A DNA stretch of 64,000 bases from Thermoanaerobaculia bacterium. Lineage in GTDB: Bacteria > Acidobacteriota > Thermoanaerobaculia > UBA5066. The DNA lies in NCBI GenBank assembly GCA_038245905.1, contig JBBRRY010000016.1:15284-79283 (forward strand). The letters run 5' to 3'. Below, piece after piece: positions 28,310 to 38,770 of the stretch (position 1 is the first letter of the stretch; every line of letters begins with the position of its first letter). The notes under the pieces are model-generated. The model saw only the letters and a list, made by a program, of their open reading frames with translations. It had not been told where the DNA came from and made no database searches. Made by a program: the position numbers and the translations under genes.

Positions 28310-30568
28310 TCAGCGGGTCGTGCGCGACTGTGCGTCCACCACGCCGAATGCGGCCATGTTCACGATGTCGACCACCTCGACTCCGCGCTGGAGGACATGA
28401 ACGGGCTTGCCCATTCCCATGAGGATCGGCCCGATCGCATCCGCCTTGGCGAGACGCCACACGAGCTTGTAGGCGGCGTTCGCGCTCTGGAGCTCCGGAA
28501 AGACGAGGACGTTCGCCGGGCCCGTGAGGCCCGCCCACGGGTACTCCTCCTTCAGGAACTCGGGAAGAACCGCCGTATCGGCCTGCATCTCGCCGTCACA
28601 TTCGAGCGCCGGCCGGCGCTTCTTCACGATTTTCACGGCCTCCCGGACTTTGTCCGTCGAAGGGTGCTTCGTCGAGCCGAAGTTCGAGAACGAGATCATC
28701 GCGACGCGCGGCTGGACACCGAAGAGCTTCGCCGTGTCGGCCGACAAAAGCGCGATCTCCGCCAGATCCTCCGCGCTGGGCTCGATGTTGACTGTCGTGT
28801 CGGCGAAGAAGAACGTCCGGTCCTGCAGGATCAGGACGTAGAGGCCCGAAACCTTCTTGACGCCGTCCTTGACGCCGATCGTCTGGAGGGCCGGCTTGAT
28901 CGTCTCCGGGTAATAGGTCGTGAGGCCGGAGAGCGAGACGTCCGCGTCGCCCTGGTCGACCATCATGCCGGCGAAGTAGTTCCGGATTCGCATGTAGGTC
29001 TGGGCGTCCTCGAGGGTGACGCCGTGGCGCTTCCTCTTCTCGACGAAGGCCTTCGCGTACTTCTGGAAGTTCGGGTGCGTTTCCGGGTCGATCACCTCGA
29101 TCGGCGCCTTGACATCGAGCGCCTTCAGGGCCGCCTCGGCCTTCCTCCCGCGCGAGAGGAGGATCGGGATCGCGATCTTCTCCTCGGCGAGGATCTTGGC
29201 GGCGCGTTGGACCTTCGGGTGATCCCCTTCGGCGAGGACGACGCGCTTGGGGTCGCTTTTCGCCTTGCCGTGGATGACCTGCATGAAGGACCGCGAACGT
29301 GACAGCATGCCCTCGAGCCTCTGGCGGTAGGCGTCCATGTCCTTGATGGGCCGCTTGGCCACTCCCGTCGCCGCGGCCGCCTCGGCTACCGCCGGTGCGA
29401 CGTGCAAGAGCACGCGCCAGTCGAAAGGCTTCGGAATCAGGTACTCGCGTCCGAACTTGAAGCCGTCGACGCCATAGGCGCGGGCTACGGAATCGGGCAC
29501 GTCCTCCTTGGCGAGATTCGCGAGCGCCTTCGACGCGGCGAGCTTCATCGCCTCGTTGATCTGCGTCGCGCGGCAATCGAGTGCGCCGCGGAAGATGAAC
29601 GGGAAGCCCAGCACGTTGTTGACCTGATTGGGGTAGTCGGACCGGCCCGTCGCCATGATGACGTCGGGACGCGCGGCCTTCGCCTCCTCCGGGCTGATCT
29701 CCGGCACCGGGTTCGCCATGGCGAAGATGATCGGGTCCTTCGCCATCTTCTTGATCATCTCTCCGTTGATGAGCTTCGCTGCCGAGACGCCGATGAAAGC
29801 GTCTGCGCCCTCGAGCGCCTCGGCAACCGTGCGCTTTTTCGTGTCGCGCGCGAAGCGCTCCTTGTATTGATTCATGTTCTCGGTCCGGCCCTTCCAGATC
29901 ACGCCGGTCCGGTCGACCATGAGGATATTCTCGAGCTTCACGCCATACGTGATGTAAAGGTTCGCGCACGCGTTCGCGGCGGCGCCCGCGCCGGCGAAGA
30001 CGACTTTCACGTCTTCGATCTTCTTCTTCGCGATCTCGAGGGCGTTCAGGAACGCCGCGGCCGAAATGATCGCGGTCCCGTGCTGGTCGTCGTGAAAGAC
30101 CGGGATGCCCATGCGCTTCTTGAGCTGCCCCTCGATGTAGAAGCACTCGGGCGCCTTGATGTCCTCGAGATTGATGCCTCCGAACGTGGGCTCGAGGCGT
30201 GCGACGCACTCGATGAACTTGTCGGGGTCCTTCTCGTCCACTTCGATGTCGAACACGTCGACGTCGGCGAACCTCTTGAACAGCACGCCCTTCCCTTCCA
30301 TGACGGGCTTGCCGGCGAGAGGACCGATGTCTCCGAGACCGAGCACGGCCGTGCCGTTGGAGATGACGGCGACGAGATTTCCCTTGCCCGTGTACTCGTA
30401 GGCAAGGTCGGGGTCCCGCGCGATTTCGAGGCACGGCTCGGCGACGCCGGGCGTGTATGCGAGGGAGAGGTCGCGGGCGGTGGCGCAAGGCTTGGAAGGA
30501 ATGACCTCCAGCTTTCCCTTGCGGCCGGTGGAGTGATAGTCGAGGGCGTCCTGCTTGGAAAGGCTCAC
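28310..30568 (-). CDS. maeB: NADP-dependent malic enzyme with C-terminal PTA-like domain
   Basis: [49 protein letters not shown]. Confidence 0.95.
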   Translation of the reverse strand: MSLSKQDALDYHSTGRKGKLEVIPSKPCATARDLSLAYTPGVAEPCLEIARDPDLAYEYTGKGNLVAVISNGTAVLGLGDIGPLAGKPVMEGKGVLFKRFADVDVFDIEVDEKDPDKFIECVARLEPTFGGINLEDIKAPECFYIEGQLKKRMGIPVFHDDQHGTAIISAAAFLNALEIAKKKIEDVKVVFAGAGAAANACANLYITYGVKLENILMVDRTGVIWKGRTENMNQYKERFARDTKKRTVAEALEGADAFIGVSAAKLINGEMIKKMAKDPIIFAMANPVPEISPEEAKAARPDVIMATGRSDYPNQVNNVLGFPFIFRGALDCRATQINEAMKLAASKALANLAKEDVPDSVARAYGVDGFKFGREYLIPKPFDWRVLLHVAPAVAEAAAATGVAKRPIKDMDAYRQRLEGMLSRSRSFMQVIHGKAKSDPKRVVLAEGDHPKVQRAAKILAEEKIAIPILLSRGRKAEAALKALDVKAPIEVIDPETHPNFQKYAKAFVEKRKRHGVTLEDAQTYMRIRNYFAGMMVDQGDADVSLSGLTTYYPETIKPALQTIGVKDGVKKVSGLYVLILQDRTFFFADTTVNIEPSAEDLAEIALLSADTAKLFGVQPRVAMISFSNFGSTKHPSTDKVREAVKIVKKRRPALECDGEMQADTAVLPEFLKEEYPWAGLTGPANVLVFPELQSANAAYKLVWRLAKADAIGPILMGMGKPVHVLQRGVEVVDIVNMAAFGVVDAQSRTTR

Positions 30569-30637
30569 GCGTGTTCCTTTCGTCGATCCGCCGACGATTC
30601 TAGAACTCTCCTTCCGGGCCCGCATGATGCGGACGCA

Positions 30638-31468
30638 CTAAGTCCGGCGAAAACGGTCGACGAGGGCCGGAAGAACGATCCTCAGCCGGAAATCGGGGAA
30701 GGCCTGCGTCAAGGCAGAATAAACCTCGTCCTCACCCGCGGATTTCGACGCTTCCGCGACGATTTCCTGCGCCCGGTGGAAGTAGCGAAGCTGGTCCTCC
30801 ACGGAATCGCAGCCTCCCGCGAGGCCGTGGCCCGGGACGAGCGTCGTGAACGGGATTCCGCGGAGCCCCTCGAGCGCCGAACGCCACCCGGCGACGTTCG
30901 CGTCCTCGAAATTCGGGTGATAGCCCGTCGAGACGAGGTCTCCCGACACGAGAACAGAGAGGGCCGGGACATAAATGCAAAGGTCGCCGGGCGTGTGGGC
31001 GTGGCCGGGGTGAAAGACGTCGAACCTGAGTCCGCCGGCCTCGAACGCGAAGCGGTCCGTCACGAGGCGCGTCGGGGCGTATGGCACGGCGCCCTCGAAG
31101 AGCGCCGCCAGCGCGGGGTCCCGTCGCCGCTCGTCGATGAGGCCCGCATGCTCGAGCGCCATGCGCCGGCCTGCGGTCTCGTGAGCGATCACCTCTGCAC
31201 CGTGCGCCGCGAACCACGAGGCTCCGAGGGCGTGATCCGTGTGGTGGTGAGTGAGGATGACGTGCGTGACGGGAGCGTTCGAGCGATCCGCGATCCGCGC
31301 CCCGAGGTCCGCCGCCTGGCGTGGCGCGATGAATGGGTCCACGACGACGACGGCGCCCTTTCCGAAAAAGACGGTCGCGTTGGAGCCGTAGCTGTCCGCC
31401 AGCGTCTCGCCGCCGAGCGTGAAGACGGAAACCTGCGCGGACAGCCGGGTCTCAGCGAGAGGGCCCAC
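30638..31468 (-). CDS. MBL-fold metallo-hydrolase
   Basis: THHHTDH, AHTPGD, SGDL, VPGHG. Confidence 0.88.
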   Translation of the reverse strand: MGPLAETRLSAQVSVFTLGGETLADSYGSNATVFFGKGAVVVVDPFIAPRQAADLGARIADRSNAPVTHVILTHHHTDHALGASWFAAHGAEVIAHETAGRRMALEHAGLIDERRRDPALAALFEGAVPYAPTRLVTDRFAFEAGGLRFDVFHPGHAHTPGDLCIYVPALSVLVSGDLVSTGYHPNFEDANVAGWRSALEGLRGIPFTTLVPGHGLAGGCDSVEDQLRYFHRAQEIVAEASKSAGEDEVYSALTQAFPDFRLRIVLPALVDRFRRT

Positions 31469-31553
31469 GCTGCGATCCTAAAGCGAAACGGGGCGCGCCC
31501 GCCTCCCGAAGGAGACTGGCGCGCCCCGGAAATGGCGCGGAGAAAAGTCGGGC

Positions 31554-32351
31554 TCAGGCGGCCCGAACGAAGAGGATCTTCACCGCCGCGGCAGCGAGAG
31601 CGAGGCCGAGCGCGATCAGCGCCCACGTCGACAGTGCCGGGACTGGACTCGAGCCGAGCGGGCTGGGGGCCGCGAGGTAGGCAATGAGGTTGTTCGAGAA
31701 CGCCTGCGAAGCCGCGTCGGCACTCGGATCCAGGAAGTTCACGTCGAAGACGAGAATCAAGGCACCCGCGGCCGCGCCGGAGAGCGTCCCGGGAGACCAC
31801 ACGAGCGACGCTCCGAAGTTCGAGCCGTCCTTCGTCACGTACGCGCCGGTCCCTGTCGTCGGGGAGGCGGCGGCGGCGAGGAACGTGACGGTCGCGACCG
31901 CATTCGGGCCCGTGAAGGGGGATTGAACGGTCTGCGCCTGGCTCACCGGGTTCACTGCCGTGATCGCACCGCCGCCGGCCGTCGAGACGAGGCTGATGAT
32001 CGAGTTGTTGCGGGTCGGGAAACCGGTGTTTTCGCCCATCACGAAGAGCGACCCGCCGCCGGCCATGAACGTGACGTAGGCCGAGATGTCGCTCCCGGTG
32101 AGCGGCGTCGTGTTGTTGAACCGGATGTCCCAGATCTGCTTGTACGTCGCGAGGCTGCCCCCGGGAACACCCACGCTCGGGGTCACGGTATACGTGGCCG
32201 CGGCGAGCTTACCCGTCAGGTTCCCGAGAACGTTGGCCTCGAGGCCGGCCGTGCCGTCGTGAACGATCAGCGCGTTGGCGGCCAGGCCGACACCTGGCGC
32301 AGAGAGAAGGAGGGCGACCAACGCCCGGGTGAGCATGGACCGTATACTCAT
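31554..32351 (-). CDS. Secreted protein with IPTL-CTERM-like sorting signal
   Basis: Signal peptide; C-terminal VPALSTWALIALGLALAAAA. Confidence 0.75.
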   Translation of the reverse strand: MSIRSMLTRALVALLLSAPGVGLAANALIVHDGTAGLEANVLGNLTGKLAAATYTVTPSVGVPGGSLATYKQIWDIRFNNTTPLTGSDISAYVTFMAGGGSLFVMGENTGFPTRNNSIISLVSTAGGGAITAVNPVSQAQTVQSPFTGPNAVATVTFLAAAASPTTGTGAYVTKDGSNFGASLVWSPGTLSGAAAGALILVFDVNFLDPSADAASQAFSNNLIAYLAAPSPLGSSPVPALSTWALIALGLALAAAAVKILFVRAA

Positions 32352-32418
32352 CTTGGTTCCTTTCGGTCTCCCCGTCCGGAGAGCCCGTCGAGCGGATTCA
32401 GAAATTTCGAGAATCCTA

Positions 32419-34200
32419 TCACGCTGGAAGGAGCGTTTTCGCTCCTGCCGCGAGCGAACTTTTCACGATTTCGACGACCCGGTCCGGGGCGATTTCGGTC
32501 GCCTTCCGTTCGCGGCGCGTCGAAACCTCGACGACGCCCTTCGCGAGGCCCTTGCCGCCCACGACGACCCTGAGCGGGAAGCCGATGAGGTCGATGTCCT
32601 TGAACTTCACGCCGGGACGCTCGTCCCGGTCGTCATAGAAGACGTCGACGCCCGCGGCCTTGAGCCCCTCGTAGAGCTTGTCCGCCGCCTCGAGAACGTG
32701 CGCGTCACGCTGCAGCACGGCGACGACGCACGCGAAGGGCGCGAGCGGCACCGGCCAGACGATTCCGACGTCGTCGTGGTTCTGCTCGATGGCGGCCGCC
32801 ACCGTGCGGCCGAGGCCGAGCCCGTAGCAGCCCATCGCGAGCGGCACCATCTTCTGACTCTGGTCGGCAACCTCGCACTTCATGGACTGGGAATACTTCG
32901 TCCCGAGCTTGAAGATGTGCCCGACCTCGATGCCTCGCTTGATGTGGAGCGTGCCGGCGCCGGAAGGCGAAGGATCTCCTTCGCGGGCGGTCGCGATTTC
33001 GACGACGCCTTTGAAGGTGGGCAGCGACATCACGTCGCGCTTGATGGAGACCTGGGCGTGATGGGTTCCATCCTGGTTGGCTCCGCACCAGATATTCCGC
33101 CCGTTCTCCAGCGATCGGTCGACGAAGAGAAGAATGGGATTTTCTTTGAAGGGAAGAAGATCGAGCGGTCCGACGAATCCGGGCACCGTCCCTGATACCT
33201 TTCTAAGAATCTCCTCCGAAGTCAGCTTGACGTGAACCGCACCGAGCGCCTTGGGGAGCTTGACCTCGTTGATCTCGAGATCGCCACGGATCAGGACCGC
33301 GGCGAGTCTGGTGTTGCCGTCCGCTCCCACAGCCTCATAGATCATCGTCTTGACGATGCGCGAGGAAGTCGTCCCGAGGTGCTTCGCCTGGTCCACGCAC
33401 GTCGTCAGGCCCGGCGTCGGTGCACTGGCCTTCTGGAGCGTTCTGTCCTCCTCCCCCGCCCAAGGCTCGGGAAGGGGGGCCGTCGTCGCCTTCTCCACGT
33501 TCGCGCCATAGTCGCCCGCGTCGGAGAAGACGAGCGCGTCCTCTCCGGTCTCCGCCACGACCATGAACTCCTGCGACGCGGACCCGCCGATCGCGCCCGA
33601 GTCGGCGTCGACGAGCGCGTACTCCAGGTTACAGCGCTCGAAGATACGCCGGTACGCCGCGTCCATCTTCTTGTAGTGAAGGTCCAGTCCCTTCTGGTCG
33701 ACGTCGAACGAGTACGCGTCCTTCATGAGGAATTCGCGGCCGCGCAGGAGGCCGAAGCGGGGGCGGATCTCGTCGCGGAACTTCGTCCGGATCTGGTAGA
33801 GGTTGAACGGCAGCTGCCGCCACGACGTGACCGAGCGCCGCACCATGTCGGTGACGGCTTCCTCGGCGGTCGGGGCGAGCGCGAACTCGCTCCCCTTGCG
33901 GTCCTCGAGATGGAAGAGGATGCCATCGGCGACGTATCGGTCCCAGCGGCCCGACTCGACCCACAGCTCTTTCGGCTGAAGGATGGGGAGGTCGACTTCC
34001 ATCGCGCCCGTCGCGTCCATCTCCTCACGCACGATCTCGATCATCTTCCGGAGCGAGCGGAAGCCGAACGGCGTGAACGAATAAATGCCCGCGGCGAGCT
34101 TCTGGATCATCCCCGCCCGGTAGAGAAGCTGATGCGAGACGACCTCGGCGTCGCCGGGCACCTCGCGGAGGGTCACGAGAAACGACTGAGACCAGCGCAT
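32419..34200 (-). CDS. proS: Proline--tRNA ligase
   Basis: SHQLL.RAG, KFRDEIRPRFGLLRGREF.MKDAYSF, INS editing domain, GIEVGHIFKLGTKYS. Confidence 0.97.
   Translation of the reverse strand: MRWSQSFLVTLREVPGDAEVVSHQLLYRAGMIQKLAAGIYSFTPFGFRSLRKMIEIVREEMDATGAMEVDLPILQPKELWVESGRWDRYVADGILFHLEDRKGSEFALAPTAEEAVTDMVRRSVTSWRQLPFNLYQIRTKFRDEIRPRFGLLRGREFLMKDAYSFDVDQKGLDLHYKKMDAAYRRIFERCNLEYALVDADSGAIGGSASQEFMVVAETGEDALVFSDAGDYGANVEKATTAPLPEPWAGEEDRTLQKASAPTPGLTTCVDQAKHLGTTSSRIVKTMIYEAVGADGNTRLAAVLIRGDLEINEVKLPKALGAVHVKLTSEEILRKVSGTVPGFVGPLDLLPFKENPILLFVDRSLENGRNIWCGANQDGTHHAQVSIKRDVMSLPTFKGVVEIATAREGDPSPSGAGTLHIKRGIEVGHIFKLGTKYSQSMKCEVADQSQKMVPLAMGCYGLGLGRTVAAAIEQNHDDVGIVWPVPLAPFACVVAVLQRDAHVLEAADKLYEGLKAAGVDVFYDDRDERPGVKFKDIDLIGFPLRVVVGGKGLAKGVVEVSTRRERKATEIAPDRVVEIVKSSLAAGAKTLLPA
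33137..33212. repeat. Inverted motif pair in proS
   Basis: 33137-33152 (-) CCTTCAAAGAAAATCC, identical to the mutY copy; 33198-33212 (+) CCTTTCTAAGAATCT. Confidence 0.65.
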
Positions 34201-34273
34201 TGAGCCGGCGAGGATAACAGGGGGGCCTTCAGGCAACTCCGGATTCGATCCCTGCCGGCACCTCCCGGGTGGA

Positions 34274-35039
34274 CTACTTTTCTCCGCTCACGCACAGGCA
34301 CGAGGACGCGACCTCGACGTCGGCCCGTGCCCAGGCCTTCCGGAAACGCGCGTTGGCGGTGCCCGCCTCCTTCGTCCTTCCCTGCGCGCGAAGCGCGCGC
34401 GCGAGTCCCTGCAGGGACCATCCGTTCTCCGGGTAGCGGACGAGATCCGCGCGGTACACCGCCTCCGCCTGCTTCGGCTCTTTCGCCGCGAGGAGGACGG
34501 CGCCGAGCGCGTGGCGAGAGGGCACCGTCATGTCCGGCGGCTCGTCGTACTTGAGCGCGTCCTCACGCGTCACGGCCTCCCGCAGCCTTGAAATCGCCGT
34601 CTCCAGGTCTCCCTTTTGATACGCGATCTCGCCATCGAGGTAGGGCGCGCAGACGCCGAGCACGTCCGCGGCGGCGTTCGTGCCAAACAGGAAGTCCTTC
34701 GGAACCCTGATCTGCCCGAGGGCCGCGAAAGCGACTCCGCGGAGAAACAGGCGATACGCCCGCGAGACGGGGAGGTACTTCGGGGGCTCCGGCCATGGCA
34801 AGACCGGGATCGCGGCGCACCGCTTCACGAAATGCCTTCTCGGCTTCCTCGTGGTTGAACGCGAAGGACCAGATCAGGCCCTGATCGAACGCCTGCTGCG
34901 CCTCGGGACTCTTCGTCGAGACCGCGCGATGGTGAACCCCGAGATCGAAGGGCTTCCAGGGGCCGGCCTCGGGATCGACTGCAGAGAGAGGCCGCGAAAG
35001 GAGGGCAAGGCCGAGGATGAGCATGGTCGAGCGACGCAT
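34274..35039 (-). pseudogene. Secreted TPR protein with internal deletion and frameshift
   Basis: N-terminus (signal peptide, AQQAFDQGL...FNHEEA...DPGLAMA) in one frame joins near 34790 to the C-terminus (YDEPP...PENGWSL.GL...WARADV...SSC) in another frame. Confidence 0.75.
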
Positions 35040-35086
35040 GGAAACCTCCATTTCGGGGAACCGAAAAATAATAGACTGCCGGGGCG

Positions 35087-36409
35087 ATGGACGTGGCCCC
35101 TTTTTTCCAGTCGGCCGAAAAGAGCGATGCGGGTCTTTCGGCGCTCGCCCGCGGTGTCGTCGGCTCGGAGATTCTCCGTATCGCCGGCGAGATCCGCGCG
35201 ATGCAGGCAAAAGGCCGGCCCGTGTGCAACCTGACGATCGGCGATTTCGATCCGAAGCACTTCCCGATTCCGCAGCGTCTCCTCGACGGCACACGCGCGG
35301 CTCTCGAGACCGGGCAGACGAATTACCCGCCGGCGGAGGGCATCCTGCCGCTTCGTGAAGCCGTCGTGCGCTTGTACGAGCGGGATCTCGGACTGACGTA
35401 TCCCGTCGACTCCGTCGTCATCGCGGCCGGAGCCCGTCCGCTTCTCTACGGAGCGTACCGGACGCTCGTGGATCCAGGCGACACGACGATTTATCCCGTC
35501 CCGACCTGGAACAACAACCACTATGCCTATCTGTCGGGCGCGCACGGGATCGCCGTGCCCGTGACGAAAGAATCGAACTTTTTCCCGACGCCTGACCAGC
35601 TGCATCCCCACCTCTCCTCGGCGCGGCTCCTCATCCTCAACTCGCCGCTCAACCCAACCGGTACCGTCATCTCCCGAAGCGCCCTCACCGCGATCACGGA
35701 AATGGTCGTGGAGGAGAACCGGCGGCGCGAGAAGGTGGGCGGCAAGCCGCTCTACTTTGTATACGACCAGGTCTACTGGACTCTCACGTTCGGCGGGGCC
35801 GAGCACCACACGCCTGTCGAGGTCGTGAGGGAGAGCGCCCCGTACGTGATCTTTCTCGACGCGATCTCGAAGGCTTTTTGCGCGACCGGGATGCGCGTCG
35901 GCTGGGGTGTCATGCCACCCGCCATTCGCAAGCGCATGTCCGACATCCTCGGGCACATCGGCGCCTGGGCGCCGAAGGCGGAGCAGGTGGGTGTCGCGGC
36001 CCTCCTCGACGACCCTGAGGCTGTCGGCGCGCATCGCGAGTCCGTGCGTCGGAAGCTCGCCGAGCGGCTCGAGGCCCTCTACGCCGGCGTCATGGCGATG
36101 AAGAAGGACGGCTTTCCGGTCGACGCGATCGAGCCGCAGGGGGCTATTTACCTCTCGGCGCGGTTCGACCTCTTCGGACGGACCGTGAAGGGCGCCCTCG
36201 TTCGGACGAACGAGGACGTCCGGCGCCTTCTCCTCGAGGAGGCGGGGCTAGGCGTCGTGCCTTTCGGGGCCTTCGGCTTCGCGGGCGACACCGGCTGGTT
36301 CCGCCTGTCGGTGGGCGCGGTTTCGATGGGCGACATCGCCAATGTCTTTCCGCGGCTGCGGGCCCTTCTCGCTCAGGCTCCGGCGGTCCGGGCGTCCGCC
36401 GTGCGCTGA
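35087..36409 (+). CDS. Class I/II PLP-dependent aminotransferase (aspartate aminotransferase-like)
   Basis: NSPLNPTG, DQVY, ISKAFCATGMRVGW. Confidence 0.92.
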   Translation: MDVAPFFQSAEKSDAGLSALARGVVGSEILRIAGEIRAMQAKGRPVCNLTIGDFDPKHFPIPQRLLDGTRAALETGQTNYPPAEGILPLREAVVRLYERDLGLTYPVDSVVIAAGARPLLYGAYRTLVDPGDTTIYPVPTWNNNHYAYLSGAHGIAVPVTKESNFFPTPDQLHPHLSSARLLILNSPLNPTGTVISRSALTAITEMVVEENRRREKVGGKPLYFVYDQVYWTLTFGGAEHHTPVEVVRESAPYVIFLDAISKAFCATGMRVGWGVMPPAIRKRMSDILGHIGAWAPKAEQVGVAALLDDPEAVGAHRESVRRKLAERLEALYAGVMAMKKDGFPVDAIEPQGAIYLSARFDLFGRTVKGALVRTNEDVRRLLLEEAGLGVVPFGAFGFAGDTGWFRLSVGAVSMGDIANVFPRLRALLAQAPAVRASAVR

Positions 36410-36432
36410 CTGGCGGCGCTACACTCCCTTCT

Positions 36433-37104
36433 GTGAAGCAGGACAAGAGGTCGGAGAAGAGCCGGACGGCGATTCTCGAAGCGTCGCTTGAGCTGTTCTC
36501 GAGCCAGGGCTATCGCGGCACGAGCATCCGCGAGATCGCAGAAGCGGCCGGCGTCTCGACGGGAAACGTCTACCACCATTTCCCCGACAAGGAGACGATC
36601 TTCCAGACCGTCCTCGGCCAGTACTGGAAGGCGATCCAGAGCCCGGATCTCCCCTTCAACAAGGCGCTCGCCTCGGGCACGTTTCCCGACAACCTCGAAG
36701 AGCTCGCCGCCGCTGCGCGCGAGAGCGTGAGGCTCTGGCGGCGCCACATCGCCCTCATCTACGTCGACGTCGTCGAACTCTCCGGCAACCACATCCGGAA
36801 CTTCTACTCGGAGATGGCCTCGCGCTTCGAGAAGTTCATCGTGACGCACGGCGATGTGGTCTCGGGCGAGATCCGCCCCGGTGTCCCGGTCACGACCGCG
36901 GTCATCCTCGCGAGCCGCGTCTTCCTTCAGTACTACGCGGTCGAGATCCTTTTCGGCGTCCCGGAGCAGTTCGGCAAGAACAGCGACGTCGTCGTGGGCG
37001 AGATCGCGGAGATCCTCCGGTACGGGATGCTGAAGGAGCACGGACTCGCGGCGGCGGCAGCGACGCTGCCGTCGCTCGCCAGGGCCCGGCGCCAGGCCTC
37101 TTAG
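36433..37104 (+). CDS. TetR/AcrR family regulator
   Basis: GYRGTSIREIAEAAGVSTGNVYHHFPDKE HTH. Confidence 0.93.
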   Translation: MKQDKRSEKSRTAILEASLELFSSQGYRGTSIREIAEAAGVSTGNVYHHFPDKETIFQTVLGQYWKAIQSPDLPFNKALASGTFPDNLEELAAAARESVRLWRRHIALIYVDVVELSGNHIRNFYSEMASRFEKFIVTHGDVVSGEIRPGVPVTTAVILASRVFLQYYAVEILFGVPEQFGKNSDVVVGEIAEILRYGMLKEHGLAAAAATLPSLARARRQAS

Positions 37105-37970
37105 GCTCCCCGCTCGCCGCCCAGGAAGCGCCTCAGCAGCGGCCAGTAGACCTCGGGCTTCTCGAGGTAGACGACGTGGCCTGCGCCCGCGATCTCCTCG
37201 TATCGAGCGTGCGGGATCACGGACAGGATCTTCCGCTGCTGCGCCGGTGGAATCGTGCGGTCCTCGGCGCCTGCGAGAACGAGGACGGGGCACGGGATCG
37301 CGGCGAAGCTTGCCGCCTTCTCCTCGAGCGCCGCGAAGAACGGGTCCTGCGCCTCCGTGAGACGCACGAGCGCTTCGATGCGGCCGACGTAACGGTCGTG
37401 GAAGCCCTTGCGCATCGTTTCGAGCTTCTCGCCCACGCGCGCGACGAACTCCTCGCCGAAGATCTTCTCGTAGAGGTACCGCGTGTAGAGGTCGAAGAGC
37501 GGCTGGCCGCCCGCGTAGAAGCGCAGCGAGAGGTCCTGGTACATCGAGAAGAGCGTCTCTTTCGTCAGGAGGATTCCCGAGAGCGCCAGCGTGCGGACGC
37601 GCGCCGGGTGGCGCCGGGCGAACTCGGCCGCGACGAACCCTCCATACGAGACGCCGACCGCGTGCACGTTCGCGATCCCGGCCGCATCGAGGATCCCAGC
37701 AAGCGCGTCGCCGAAGACGGAGATCGGAGCGTCCGGCAGCGCCGCGTCGTCCGAAGCGCCCTGTCCCAGGTAGTCGTATAGGAGGACGTCGTGGTCCCCC
37801 GTCAGCTCGGGGAGAAACGAGATCCAGCTCTTCGTGGACATCGCGAGGCCGTTGAAGAGACAGACGGTCTCCCGCGCCCCCGTGCCCCAAAGCTCCCAGT
37901 AGTAGCCATGGCCCGCGTGGACCAGCCAGCCCTCCCGGAGCGGCGCAGAGGCGGGCGGGGTTGCGTTCAT
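37101..37970 (-). CDS. Alpha/beta hydrolase
   Basis: FNGLAM, GVSYGG nucleophile elbow, AGHVVYLE. Confidence 0.88.
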   Translation of the reverse strand: MNATPPASAPLREGWLVHAGHGYYWELWGTGARETVCLFNGLAMSTKSWISFLPELTGDHDVLLYDYLGQGASDDAALPDAPISVFGDALAGILDAAGIANVHAVGVSYGGFVAAEFARRHPARVRTLALSGILLTKETLFSMYQDLSLRFYAGGQPLFDLYTRYLYEKIFGEEFVARVGEKLETMRKGFHDRYVGRIEALVRLTEAQDPFFAALEEKAASFAAIPCPVLVLAGAEDRTIPPAQQRKILSVIPHARYEEIAGAGHVVYLEKPEVYWPLLRRFLGGERGA

Positions 37971-38770
37971 GCGGCCCCCGCGGCGCGGCGCACGCGCTCG
38001 AGGAAGCGCTCGGCGAGGAGGACGAACTCGTCTTCCCTCTCGACGATCAGCGCGTGACCCGCGCCCTGCACGACGACGAGACTCGCGCCGGGAATCGCGA
38101 CCGCGACGGCCTCGGTCCGCTCGAGAGGCATTGCGGCGTCCCGGCCCGCGGCGACGACGAGAACCGGGCAGGCGATCTTCGGGAGAACGGGCCTGAGGTC
38201 GACCTTCGTGAGCGCCCCAAGGAGGCCCTCGAGGCCCGTAAACCAGGCCTCCGGCAGGAGACCAACCTGGGCACGCCGGGCCGCGATCTCCTCGGCGTGC
38301 GCGGTCTGCCACTCGGGTGTGTAGGCGAGATGCACGATCGCGTCGTAAACGGCCGTTCGGTCGCCGCCCTTCGAGACGGCGCGGACGGCGTGTGCGAGCC
38401 GCATGCCAGCCTCGCCGAGCCCCTCGTGCGCCACGTCCGTGACGGTCACCGCGAGAACGGACCCGACGAGCTCCGGATGGCGTGCCGCGAGGAGGAGTCC
38501 GACGTAGGCGCCGTAAGACGCCGCGACAACGTCGACTCGCGCTTCTCCCAGCGAGTCGAGGAGAGCCGCGACGTCGTCCGCGTGCTCTTCCATGGAGGCG
38601 CGCGGCGGCCCCGGCGAGAGAAGCTGGCCTCTGAAGTCGCAGCGGATGACGTGGTGCCGCGCCGCGAGACGCCGCGCGACCGGCTCCCACGCGGAGAGCG
38701 ACATCATCCCGCCGTTGAGGAGTAACAGCGGCGGACCCTCGCCGTCGACGCGGTGGGTCAGCATGCTCAT
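37967..38770 (-). CDS. Alpha/beta hydrolase
   Basis: LNGGMM, DFRGQ, AASYGA, AGHAL. Confidence 0.88.
   Translation of the reverse strand: MSMLTHRVDGEGPPLLLLNGGMMSLSAWEPVARRLAARHHVIRCDFRGQLLSPGPPRASMEEHADDVAALLDSLGEARVDVVAASYGAYVGLLLAARHPELVGSVLAVTVTDVAHEGLGEAGMRLAHAVRAVSKGGDRTAVYDAIVHLAYTPEWQTAHAEEIAARRAQVGLLPEAWFTGLEGLLGALTKVDLRPVLPKIACPVLVVAAGRDAAMPLERTEAVAVAIPGASLVVVQGAGHALIVEREDEFVLLAERFLERVRRAAGAA

Noticed and set aside
34563-34828. Programmed frameshift joining the two TPR-gene frames
   Set aside because: There is no slippery sequence at the junction, and the joined product would still lack the central region; deletion is the simpler explanation.
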